From Pseudogymnoascus verrucosus (taxonomy: Eukaryota), in NCBI GenBank assembly GCA_001662655.1, contig KV460212.1: a stretch of 64,000 bases of DNA; one strand, given 5' to 3'. Both the position numbers and the translations under genes were made by a program. The notes below the pieces were generated by a model that was not told where the DNA came from, ran no database searches, and saw only the letters and a program-made list of their open reading frames with translations. This document shows, in pieces, positions 24,501 to 36,200 of this stretch (position 1 is the first letter of the stretch; each line of letters opens with the position of its first letter).

Positions 24501-24821
24501 ATGCCTCTACAAGAAGACGACATTGAGGCGGGAGAATCAAGTGATGAACTCCAACCAGGAGAGAGCAGCTTTAACGATGACAAACTGAAAAAGTCGGCAA
24601 TTGAGGAAGGCATTCTCATTGGGGAATTTCGCAAAGACAAGAAGGGCAAGAGGAAATTGGTCTATGCCTCATTCGATGCAAACCTCAAGTTCATCCGGAG
24701 GCTTTCAAAGAAAGATATTAAAGGAAACATTGTCGGTGGCAAGAAGTACAATGGTGGTGCCGTTAGTCACAAGGATGTGACTAAAAGAGTAAGAACAGCC
24801 AACGACAGCAAGAACGACTAA
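24501..24821 (+). CDS. Short hypothetical ORF, possibly a truncated gene or pseudogene
   Basis: 106-aa ORF preceded by a pyrimidine-rich leader (24385-24500). It has a protein-like core EGILIGEFRKDKKGKRKLVYASFDANLKFIRRL, and the stop falls at the junction of the first two units of a 19-bp minisatellite. Confidence 0.4.
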   Translation: MPLQEDDIEAGESSDELQPGESSFNDDKLKKSAIEEGILIGEFRKDKKGKRKLVYASFDANLKFIRRLSKKDIKGNIVGGKKYNGGAVSHKDVTKRVRTANDSKND

Positions 24822-24933
24822 CGACAGCAAGATCGACCAACAACAGCAAAAACGACCAACGACAGCAAGTCCGAGTAACAACAGCAAGAACGACTGGCAA
24901 CAGCAAGAACAACTGGTAACAGCAAGAACAACT
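24801..24933. repeat. 19-bp minisatellite, 7 units
   Basis: aacgacagcaagaacgact / aacgacagcaagatcgacc / aacaacagcaaaaacgacc / aacgacagcaagtccgagt / aacaacagcaagaacgact / ggcaacagcaagaacaact / ggtaacagcaagaacaact. Confidence 0.92.
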
Positions 24934-25539
24934 GAACCCCCTCTGCGATCCATGCCGTTCATACTAGAACGAGCCGAAGGGTCTTTTGATCTATATGCCA
25001 TCTTCTCTGAGTGGGGGGCGTAATAGCGTATCTGGCCCAGTGCTCAGAATAGCTGCGCTGGATCTGATTTAGCTCGTGAAATAGGAATTCTCCCCTACTG
25101 CGGCCTGTTCTATTGAATGTACTTAAATATGACAACTTCCCTGCAACTGGAACTGTCGCTCGGGGAATCTCATTGTGCTGATCTGGGTTTTCGGGGTATC
25201 TAGTTCGTCAGCTTATCCATTCTTAGCTATTTACAGTCCCGCTTTTGACATTCAGGGGGGCACAAGCAAGGAGGGAGTGCTTTTCAGTAACAGTGTGAGA
25301 CTTCAAAAGAGCGCATATCATTTTGAATCATATCTACAGCTTAGAACCATCCCTGGATTGTCTGTTCTTTGCCATCTACACTCAAGCTCACCATAACTAT
25401 GATTCTGCTGATTCACTACCCCTTAACTACCAGGCACCCCATGTCCATTCCATCCTTAGAACTCCATATCACCCTCCTTTCCCACTGATGCCGGAATCCT
25501 ATCCCTTGAAAAAGCGCCAAACTCCCGATCCTTAGCGCT

Positions 25540-27444
25540 TCAGTTCAAATGTGCCAATCCCCCCGCTTCACCGCCATCCAACTCGCACACCTCGTCCAGC
25601 GTCCCATACACCCGCAGTTTATTTGCATAAACCCGCCAAAACGGCGCTGTGAGGGCCGGCACAAAGTCATTTCCGCGGGCTGCATCGCCAAACACAGCTC
25701 CATCTTGCGCCAGCGGCGGCGAGCCAGTCATATCGTCCTCGATATCTGAGTCCAGCAGGCTCGATTGCCTGGCCTTCTTCTTGACCGGGCTCGGTTCGGT
25801 GAGGACCTGGAAGCGGTTCGCAGAATGAGGCGCGGGGTCGAGCACAACGCCACCACTATCGTCGTCGGAGCTTGTGCTATCAGCTGAGCCGATGGAGAGT
25901 TCAAATGGGTCCACAGCGTGCGTGGCGATATTATGCTTCGGATGGCCAACATCTAACTTGGCAGCGAGCTTGAGGAAGATCTGCGCGGTGAGATAACTGT
26001 CGTAGCCTGCTTCATGGAGTTGGTGGCGATTCTGGTAGGATCTGAACTCCTCGGGGAGGCAAATGTCTGGTATGCGCTGGGATTTTAGATCTTGGTGGAG
26101 GTCTTGGAGACTGGACGATTGACGCGAATCGATAAGTTTATCACGCGTAGCCATATATTTCGTGTCGATGACCATGGGGAAGAGGGCATGGATCTCCTCC
26201 TGGAATTCGGTGACGGTAGGGGGGAGCTTTCCAATGAAGGTGTGGTAGAGGAATATGAGATCGGTGAAGAGGTTATGACCAACGAGGACGCGGGATTTGG
26301 CCGCCAGAGCTTTTGCGAGGCTGGATAGCTCGAGCTTTTTTAAGGAGGTGTCAATGAAGGCGGATTGGCCGGCAGCGTTGACACAAAACCAGTTCGGGGC
26401 TATAGCGGAGAGGTCGCCACCAGCGAGAGCGTCAAAGATATAGCGGAAGCCTGATTAATGTGTAAGTATATCATTAGAGACTGGACGAAGAGAAAGAAAG
26501 AAATAGACAGCCCACCAACTTGCTTGGATAGCTGAGTTTCATTGGCTATGACCTTCGAAGCAGCAATCTAGGGAAATCAGTCTCACCCCTGTACTAGGCT
26601 GCAATTCACATACCTTAGCCTCCTTCACCGTGTCCATCTTCTCGACCTGCACGAAATCGGCGTTCTTCTTCGGCAAGAACGCTCTGTACTGCTTGAACTC
26701 GGTCCTGACAAGTTGGTAAACCAGTCTTCTTTGATAGCCACTAAGCCCACCCGGCACCGAGACATTGTAAAAACCCATTGCATCCCTTTCGTCCTTGTTC
26801 TTGGAATCAGTCCATTCAAGCAACTGTCTTCTAGCGTTGCGGTAGAAGTCAAGAGCGACCTGGTCACCGGGGCCGATCTCAATATCCGGAATGGTGCTGT
26901 TCCGGTTTTGGCGCTCTAGGAATGCTTGACGGGCCTGGGTTTGCTCCTTCCGGGAGATATATGATATCCCCTTTGTGAAAACGGCCCCGATGTCAAAGCA
27001 GTTCTTCCTTAGAAAATGCATAGAGCTTGATGAGAAGGTGATATCACGGTAGATATCCAGTTTATCTCCATCTTCTAGCAATGGATTGATATTGAAGTTG
27101 TACGGGCGAGCTGTGTAAACTCCTACGGTCTGTTAGTCCACAGAAATGGAAAACGCCCCTGTCTCGTCATGTCCAGCTGACGAGGACTGACCATTCTTCC
27201 AATCTTCTTCCACACACGTCAGGCCGATCTGCAAGACTTGGTATCTCTCAGCTGCCTCTTTCGTATCCTCATATTGCTGTTGGAGTGACGGCTTGCCAAT
27301 TTCGTTGAAACGTCCACCAGGTGAGTAGCGTAACTTGGTTGAGATCCCACTCATCTCCACATCGACCGTAACGAAGCTTGCAGTGGAAATGGCTTTTAGG
27401 ATAGGCAAAAGCTCATGCCAGAAGTGCTGCTGATCGACCTCCAT
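25540..27444 (-). CDS. CAF1-family DEDDh ribonuclease, PARN/Triman-like
   Basis: Exons 27444-27192, 27122-26614, 26567-26516, 26450-25540. Motifs FVTVDVEMSGI, AERYQVLQIGLTC, ARPYNF, QVGFRYIFDAL, GHNLFTDLIFLY, IDTKYMA and HEAGYDSYLTA. Confidence 0.92.
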
Positions 27445-28160
27445 ATTGATGGAGTTTAATTGCAGAGCTTGCCTTTCGTGGCATATGTTTTGGGGGTTGT
27501 ATCAACTTCAGGTGTTGAACGGCACGCGTCACTTTGGTCGATCTAGCATGAGAGAATAAACAAGAAAGAGCCCTCTAACTGTGAGGTAGTTGTGTGGCAG
27601 CTATGAGGCTGCTTTGACAATGAAAATACACACAACCTATATCATGGGTGGCGGTTGTGGCTTTTATATTTAAGCCTGGCGCGTGTGAACTTCAAGGGAT
27701 ATAAAAGACGTGCTTCATTACTTTAATCACCGCCAGAAAGAGCTTATGGTTCTGAATGCAGCAGAGAAGAGATATATGGAACTTTGGAGTAATGTTTGAC
27801 TTTCCTGAGAATTGTTTTGCCAGCACTCATGTTTCAACACCAAACAAATAAGTCACCGCCGGTGATTGTCAAAGGTGCCTTCCATGCACGCACGCATGAA
27901 CCACTTAAATGACAGTCGTCGTGCATATTGAATCGCATCTCACGTGACCATCCTATTGGCGGTACCGTGCGGCTAGGTCCGATGGTAATGTCCAAATTGC
28001 CGAGGCTCCAGTACGCGATCACCTGCTAACACTCCGAGAGATCTCCAGATTCTCCCCCGTCCATTCCTCGGAGCTAACCACTGAAGGGCCTCACATCCCC
28101 GTCCCCTCTAATCTCCTCGGCCTCGTGCGTCCCTTCCCCAGATGCCCTACACGCTAAACA

Positions 28161-29676
28161 ATGGCTTTTAATGGGTCCGCTCCTTCACTCCTCCCTCCCA
28201 ACGACTCCGGATCCTCATCCTTATCCTCCTCACAACTACTCTCGGCTTCAATGGCGAGCTCGACATCCTCACGACATGGCTCCTCCCAGATCTCAAAGAT
28301 CTACCGGCAGTCCTCAACTCTATTCCTGACGCGTCGATTGCCGGAGTCGCTCTCTACCATCCTCCCGGTGATCACGGCACCGACGACCACAGACTCCAAT
28401 GGCAACGTCTCGGTCGTGGACCAGGCCCCAATTGCCAAATCCTCACGCACCACCAGGATCAAGGTCTGGAGTCTCTACCTGACCATCCTCAACGCCATCG
28501 TCGAGCTCGACGGCGAAGAAGGCAAAGCCGCCTTCGGCACCCAAGAATGGCGCAACCTCGTCACCAAAGTCCGTGACGGCATCGTCTGGGAAGAAGTAGT
28601 CCAGAACGGCTACCGCGGAGTCGAAGGCGACGTTGACGCCGACGTTGTTATCAACCTGTTCGTCCCTCTCCCCTCAATCCTCAGCCCTCAATCCCAATTC
28701 CTAAAATCACATGCTAACCCCCACCCCCAGAGCAACCCTCCTCCTCGCCCACGCCCGCACCCAACACCTCAACCAAACGCGCCTGGAAGCCTACCTCGCC
28801 GCCGCCCGCACCCCCAACCTCGACCTCACGGGCCGCTTCAGCGAGACCTCCGTCCGGGGCGCCAGTCCCACCCGCAGCGTCGGCACCGACACCCCTCGCG
28901 ACCTCAACGCGCGCGTCAAGATCCTAGAGCTGTACACGCTGCACGTCCTCCTGCGGAACGACGAGTGGGCGTACGCGCGGGACTTCATCTCCGCTTCGGA
29001 AGTCCTGGATGAGGAGCGCCGTGATGCGTTTTTAGCAGCGCTACAGAGTCTAGAGGATGAGCGCGAGGAGGCGGCGCAGAGGGAACAGGAGATGGCGAGG
29101 GAGAAGGAGGAGAAGCTGCGAGCTGATCTCGAAGAAGCGCGGAGGCGGCGGATTGAGAGCGAAGAGCGCGAGGCGCGCAGGATAGAGGAGCAGCGCGAGG
29201 CGCGGAGGGTGGAAGAGCAGCGCGGGAATAGGGCGGGAAGTGAAGTGGATTACGGTGTTGATTCTTCGCATCCCGTGCAATCTAACGGGTCAGCGAGCGG
29301 GAAAGCAGCGAATGGCTCAGCGAGTGGGAAATCCTCGCCTTCTCGATCGGCATCGACGCCGCCGCCGAAGAAGGGGGCTATTAAATCGAGGGTCTTGCAC
29401 TCGACGAAGCCGTCTGGGTCGGGACAGCGAGCGGCGGTGGCGACGCCGCCGAATATGATTCAGCGCGCTACGGCACTGATGGGGAATGTGCAGAAGCTTA
29501 TCAAGGTGCTCGCGGCAACGCTGCTGAATAACCCGGGGTCGGTGCTGAGGACTGTGGCGTTTGCGGTGCTGATCTTGCTTGCGCTGGGGAATAGGGCGGT
29601 GAAGGAGCGGGTTAGGGGGGTGTGGGGGAAGGTGAGGGGGACGATGGGGATGGCTACTAAGGTTAGTTATATTTAG
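28161..29676 (+). CDS. PEX26: Peroxin Pex26/Pex15-like tail-anchored peroxisomal protein
   Basis: Exons 28161-28657 and 28731-29676 (intron GTTCGT..GCTAAC..CAG). Motifs [32 protein letters not shown] and [19 protein letters not shown], then a coiled coil, a C-terminal TM segment and the ending [12 protein letters not shown], typical of filamentous-fungal Pex26. Confidence 0.85.
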
Positions 29677-30806
29677 TGAGAGGGAGGGGAGGGGTAATGT
29701 CGTATATGATTGCATATTTGGCGCTGGTGGGGATTTTTTGGGGGGGGGTTGAGAAGGCACAGTTTGTATGTATAGTAAATAGTAGCCACCCAGAAGAAAG
29801 GCGTTAGGATTGGAAGGGGAACATGACATGTTGTCTGCCTCAATAGGTATAATTTATTTTATTTGTTCTGGCTGCTCTGCTCTTGCAGATCTTAGTGAAC
29901 CCATCCATGTATCAAGGTTATCATCACGGGCTTTTCCCATTATCCGATCTACAGGGCGTTTTCCCCTTCTATAGTCGTCCTTGCCCATCTCGCTGCCATC
30001 TAGTCACGCGACAAGAACGGCGCCGTCTCCATCTCCCCAGCATCCTTTTCATACACCTCCCCCCCAAAGATCTGGCGGATCTTCAACCGTGTCGACTCGG
30101 GGATAATAGTTTTCCAGCGCCCCTCCTCCGATTGTCGATTCGCAGAGCATCGATACTGGGGTTTTTGTAATCTCCTCCCCTTCCGCTGTCTCGTCGCCCC
30201 GCTGGTGTTCTCGGATTTGCAGGGTGCTGTCTGGGCACTGAAGGCGTGATGGAGCTTGGTGAGGATTTGATCTGGGGATATCCCGAGTCGGGCATTGTCG
30301 GTGGGGATGCCCATGAAGTGATCTTTTGGTGGGGATACGTAGGAGGAGGATTGAAAACTGAGAATCGTCTCTAGAGAATCTCACAGGTGATACCGGCTTA
30401 TAAGGGGGAGGGAAAGGAGTACCATCCCACACGCAAGGACAGTAGAGAATTAGATGGAGGGACTATGGGAGGAAACATGATGCCATGTGGTGCGTAATCA
30501 CAGTACCTGGTACGAGAAGGCTTATGAACTACAGTGGCTGGGATAGAATAAAATAGTGTGAGGATTTCCGGTCAGTATTGGACCCCTGTGACGACATGAT
30601 GTCGTTGACAGCTCGGCAATCTCAGTAAACTCGATCTCTAACGGCGCATTCCCACCACCACCAACCACACTCTTAACCCTAAATTCCGTGTCCCCTATCA
30701 AAGGCAATCCTTTGCCTCTACATTTGCATGAAGCTGGCCAAAAAAAGGCGGGATAGCTAAATACAAAGCAAAAATGGTACAAAATGCAAAATAAAAATGC
30801 GAAATC

Positions 30807-30909
30807 GCACTCCAAGAGGGGCTCGAACCCTCAACCTCAAGATATCACGTGAACTATTTCATTCAACTTATAGTAGAAGTCTTGCGCGCTACCATTGCGC
30901 CATTGGAGC
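30807..30909 (-). tRNA. tRNA-Arg(TCT) with a 30-nt intron (30844-30873)
   Basis: Minus strand reads GCTCCAA TG GCGC AATGGTA GCGC G CAAGA CT TCT A [intron] A TCTTG AGGTT GAGGG TTCGAGC CCCTC TTGGAGT G. All stems pair and T-runs follow downstream (Pol III terminator). Confidence 0.95.
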
Positions 30910-31809
30910 TATGGTTTGCAGTAGCGCGATGAGGGAAGTCTATATGTGTGATGGAGATTTGGGTTTTTTTGTCGGTGGGGGTTTGTGTAACGTGTGGGGG
31001 GGCTATTATGGTGTGGGAGGGGAGGAACTGTTATATCAGAAGTGTTTTTTTCACTGGAGTATGTGATGGAAATTGACATGCTGAGTCTCTTCCCATGTTG
31101 GATTCTTGCTGAATCTATATCTTGGGGGGCTACATGAGAGGAAGCTATTTTTCCTCGATGCTATAATATTTTTTTGGCGGGATAATTTATTTATATATTC
31201 CACCTCTTTTTTGAAAAGCAAAAATATAAATGACGGATTCCTCCCACACAAGCTATTAGATCCAGAACAAAAGAAGCCACTTCTTGATTCAAATATTCCC
31301 AACAACCCGGTAATACCCATCTACCCCCCCCATATTTTTCCCAAACATCCTTCTCAACCTCATCCTCCTCCTCGTCACTACCCACCACAAGGCTAAACAC
31401 CTTGTCTCACCTTCCCAACCCACCCGCCTACTGAAACACCATGTCGTCACCCACCACTACCACCATCAATCACTCATCAAAGAAAAAAGTTTTTTTTTGT
31501 CTGTTTGTTTGTTGATGAGTGGTTGTTATTATTATATATATTAATTCTATCCTACTTTCCTCGCTGTCCTGTGGTTACCAGCCTCCCCGGTCGTATCGTG
31601 TGTCATATCCATATATACCCATATGTAAATCCCATCAATCATATCATGATTTCCCAAAAATTTCCCAAGTCGCTATTGTGATATACCCAATCCCATGCTC
31701 CCAATCGTAAAAACCCCCATGCAAATGCTTTCCTTCCCCAATATTCCCAGAACGTATGATCTCAACCCAAACTCGCGAGAGTAGGATAGAGGAAGAAACG
31801 AGAGCAGAC

Positions 31810-32479
31810 TCAAATCCCACCAACAGGCGTAATCAAATCCACACTCCTCGTCCTCCCCCCCCACCCCCCGCGACTCGGCAACGGCCTCTCCCCCGGACTC
31901 GACACAACGCCAAAATACCCCTTACTCCCACTCTTCCCCCTATACGCCCACACCACGCCATCAGAGTCCTCATCCGACGACTCCGGCGGACTCGGGTGAT
32001 CCCTCTCAGCTCGTCGTGCGATCCCCGAGCTTATCGAGCGGAGACTGGCGAGCGCGGTGGGAGGGATGTAGAGGGAGGGAGAGGAGAGGGTAGGTGAGAG
32101 ACGCGGGATGATGTCCCGACCGGGGTTGGCGGTTGTGGTGGGCGAGGCGGGGTGGTTGTATGTTGGCGAGAGGTAGGGTGACGGTGGTGGGGAGGTGGGG
32201 AGGAAGGTGGTGTGAGAGGAGGCGGGGTGGTCTAGTTGGCGGCAGCGTTCGGAGCAGTAGAGGGTGTTTTGGTGGGGGGTTGGGGGGAGTTGGGAATCGC
32301 AGTATGTGCTATTGATTGTTAGCTTTCTATTCCCCAATTCTTGCTTGTTAGGAGAGTGTAACATACCAGAAGTCCAAGAAACTCTCATCACCACCCTCAG
32401 CAGCGAATTCTTCTTCCTCAGCTGAACGAGCGGCGCGCCCGCGGCGCTCGCGCTCTTGCGTGCTGCGACGGAAGAGCAT
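31810..32479 (-). CDS. ECL1: Ecl1/2/3-family (extender of chronological lifespan) zinc-binding protein
   Basis: Exons 32479-32367 and 32308-31810 (intron 32366-32309) give ..ESFLDFCTYCDSQL..TLYCSERCRQLD (CxxC..YCSxxC, the Ecl1 signature) and a C-terminal RPLPSR..RSVDLITP. The true start may lie upstream (see findings). Confidence 0.85.
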
Positions 32480-33239
32480 TGGGCGGTGCGAGGAGGATTT
32501 GCGGCGGGGTTGGCGGGAGGTGGAAGGGCGGGTGGCGTGGGGGGAGGGAGGGGGGGAGGTGAGGGTTATAGGGGCCAGGATTGCGGGTTGGTGGTTTGTT
32601 TGGTGGTGGCTGTTTGGTTTGGTGAGAGCGTTTTCTTGGTTATTTGTGTTCAGAGTTTGAAGTTTGGTAGTGTGGTGGTGAGTGGTATGAAGTGAGAAGC
32701 GTCGACGACTGGAGGGGTCGTGGGGGGTTGATATATATGAGATCCCGATATGACTCTGATAACAGGAATCCGATGATTATCGATTATCGACTTCGGACGG
32801 GTGCAGACGGGATGCTGGATGGGGAAATTGAATGGATCCTGCGTCTTTCTCTATCTGGCATGTAATGCTCGTATGTGTATGTGTGTGTGTCTTTTCCCTT
32901 ATCTGTGGCTTGTGGGGAGAGCTGAGTGTGGGCAAGGAATGGCGGATAGATAAGGTTGTTGTGTGAGTTGAGTCTAGCCGCGAGATCGGAGATGGGGGTC
33001 GTGGTCGATAGGTAAGATGTGAGAGTGATAAGGGTGAGTAATCCGAGTAAATGAAGGATAATTGAAGCAGAAGTTATTAACTGTTTGTTTTTAACTGTGC
33101 GTGTCTGTGTGTGTGTGTGAGTAGTTATATATTATTCATCATCGTGGGAAACAAAGGAAGGCTTCAGTCTTTATATGTATGGATGAATGGATGGTCAGAG
33201 AGTTTCTGGGTGTGTATGTACCTTAGCAATCCACCATCG

Positions 33240-33246
33240 TGAGTCA
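33240..33246 (-). promoter_or_regulatory. TGACTCA Gcn4/CPC-1 (AP-1-type) site upstream of the Ecl1 gene
   Basis: TGAGTCA on the + strand at 33240-33246, about 110 bp upstream of a TATA-like element near 33125-33132 on the minus strand. A second copy lies at 36805-36811. Function is inferred. Confidence 0.4.
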
Positions 33247-36200
33247 AATGGCGAGCGTGCCAGCAAAAACCCCACCATCTTTTCCTCTCGTACTGTACTT
33301 TGTCCGATTGATGTACTTCTCACTGGAAAAAGTACATAATCCGTAGTTGCATCACCTCCACCCCACAATTCCACAATTCTCAGCCCAGGCAGAGGTCGTT
33401 TACTGTCCGTTGACTGGTCTGGCATTGGGGGTACATGCGCTCGCACCTATTATTTGTACGTGGCAGATGTACCACACATGGCCAGCTTCCACCATCCTCT
33501 ATGGCTATTGTGCTATTTACGCCTTCGTAGGTATCTTGTCCAGCTTCTCCACAGATAGATACAAGTTCTCTTTCTCCCTACGATTATGCCATGTGTGGGC
33601 CATCCCATACCTCACATTATGCCATTCTCCCACCATAACGGTACTTGATGACAGTATGCTAACTCCCATACTGTGAACAAGTACCCATCTATGGCATTCT
33701 TTCCCCATTCCCGCAGCCTCCGTTGTCTCGCCGGTGTCTCTAATCCCCCCACTACTCTACGCCATTGCTCATACTCAATCGTGCGAGGAGAATTTTTATT
33801 TTTACTTCTATTTTATCTTGTTGACTCCATTATCCTGTGTAGACCCATATATCTCCCATAAAAAACGTGCTCTGACGTGGACCGCGTAGCAGCCCGGAGG
33901 GTAACTCTCTTCCTTGAAAATTATCTCAATAATCCATCCCACTCTCCAAGCGCCCTCAGCTCTGAGGGATGGGAGACTTGGATGGACACGGATGGATCTG
34001 ACGATCTGACTGTACGGGATGGATAACCCTTGTTGTCCAGTACCCAAAAAGGCGTGCAGGGCTGAATGACTGGGTGGGAGTGAGTTTTCATTTGACAGCA
34101 AGGTAGGTATGGTATTTTAGAGTAATGTACTGCGGTGGTACGGTATTTTTTTTCAATGGAGTCATGTACTCTTTTTTTTTTGCTGTTTACTATGGATTTA
34201 CTATGGGGATAGACTACACGTGTATGAGGCCGAGACGCTGGTGCGTAGGTGAGATGACTACCACGGCTGCCCACTACTACTTACTACCCTCCACCAGTAC
34301 TATTGTTAGTAAGACACGCACGCACACGCACGCACATACGCACGGAAGGGAAGGGAACAAAGAAGAGAGACGAGAGACGAGAGAAGGAAGTCGAAACGTG
34401 CGAATGGTGCGAAAGAGCGAATGTCCGAAGCGTGCGTGCGGATGTCCGAAACGTGCTCAATAGTCGACGAAACAGAAGTATTGTGCTGTACCACTCTATG
34501 CTATACGCTCTATGCTATACGCACTCTGTCACTCCATTATTGTCATACATACACAACTTACTTCCATCCCCGTTCCTGTACCTGATATGCATATACACGC
34601 GTACACACATACATACAGACTTCTTACAGCATATATCCTGATGCAACACACAGATATAACCTACCAAGGTACAAGTATCACCATATAGAAACCACCCAGG
34701 TACATGTACCACCCAACTACCACCACTCACCACAGCACATCACACTCACATCACACCCACAGCACAGCACATCACACACCCCATCACACAGCCAAAATTC
34801 CGCAATCCCACCCATCAAATGGCGCCTCCGATCCAAACCGCCGACCACCCCAACACCCAACGGTCTCGACGGTCTCGACGGAACGACGGGGAGTAAGTAC
34901 AAGTACAGTATATACACACCCACCTTCTAAGCCGACGATTGCGCAATAGCAGCGGAACCCCTACAAAGGAAAACCATAGGTAAACGATGGGAAAGGGGGT
35001 TATGTAAGGCACGTCAGAGAGAACGTCAGAACGTCAGAATAGACAGGTCGTGTGTCTGATTACTACAGTGTATGGTGGTATGGCGTTATCCTCTGATGAT
35101 GTCCCTCCCCCGACTTCCTCCTTATCCGCTCTATCGATTCCCCCCATCTCCATCTCCATCTCTCCGATCCCACCCTACTAATCGAATCGAATCGATCGTA
35201 CCCCCACGGACCACCACTCACCCACGCACGATGCTTGCTTGCCTTCCACACACAGAAACCCATCCTATCCTATCCTCCCTGCCATGCCATGCTACGGCGG
35301 TACGGTACTTACTTCTAATCCCGTACTATGGAGAAAAGTGTATTTGTATTTTGTATCCCTCCGAACTACCGACCCGGGCCTACCCATCTTCCGAGCGCGC
35401 GGGGGGAGGGAGGGTCAAATAACACCGTCCGTAGCTACCCACGTGTGCTCTAGAACTGGCTGTTCGGCACTGCCACCCCGATCCGTTGATATACTTAGAT
35501 CGGGGGTTGTACCTTACAGTCCCCGCAATCTACCCACACCACGCTACACACAAGGACGTAGGGGAATTGAGTGTGTGTTGCACGTTGTGCTTGTGCCTTG
35601 TAAGAAAAAGTTCTAGACCGAGATTTGTGTTACATTTTTTATTTTTGGGAATTGTGCTGGATTGGATGGCGATGGGAGGTGAGTTGAGGGTAGGTTTTGA
35701 ACCCTGATTTGCCTGCCTGTTGTTGAATTGACGTTGAGAAGGTGGGGGTGAATATCAGTTTGAATATCTATATTGGAAACCAAGGCAGATAGATGCGTGT
35801 CTGGATGATTACAGGATTTGGGTATATGCATATCTATCTGCCCTCTATACTACTACTACAACTACAACTTTCAAGGTCGTCACTATACACCACATACAAC
35901 ATACCCAGCCAGCCAGACCGCACACGCAAGGTCCCGTCCGTCCCTACAGTACAAACCTTCCAAGGTCCTCTACGCCTTCCCTACTGTACCCCCAAACCCC
36001 CAAGGTCAATCAATCCAAGGTCAAGCTCTCACCTCTAAAACCTCCCACCACCACCACCGGCATCGTACCCGTACCCCCCAAGGCTACCACAAACCACCCG
36101 AAATATCCCCAATCCCAGATACCAGACACCACCCACCACTTACCACAGACCACACAGAATACACCACATACACCACATCCACAACCACAATTTATCTCCA

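Noticed and set aside
24801..24933. Regularly spaced repeats as a possible CRISPR array
   Set aside because: The units are contiguous with no unique spacers, the context is eukaryotic and there are no cas genes. It is a minisatellite.
30000..30432. Overlapping minus-strand ORFs (70-127 aa) between PEX26 and tRNA-Arg
   Set aside because: All three frames are partly open, with no recognisable motif or splice structure, so no gene call can be supported.
30674..30682. TAACCCTAA, matching the Pezizomycotina telomerase RNA template
   Set aside because: It is an isolated 9-mer about 125 bp from a tRNA gene, with no recognisable pseudoknot or CR4/5 context.
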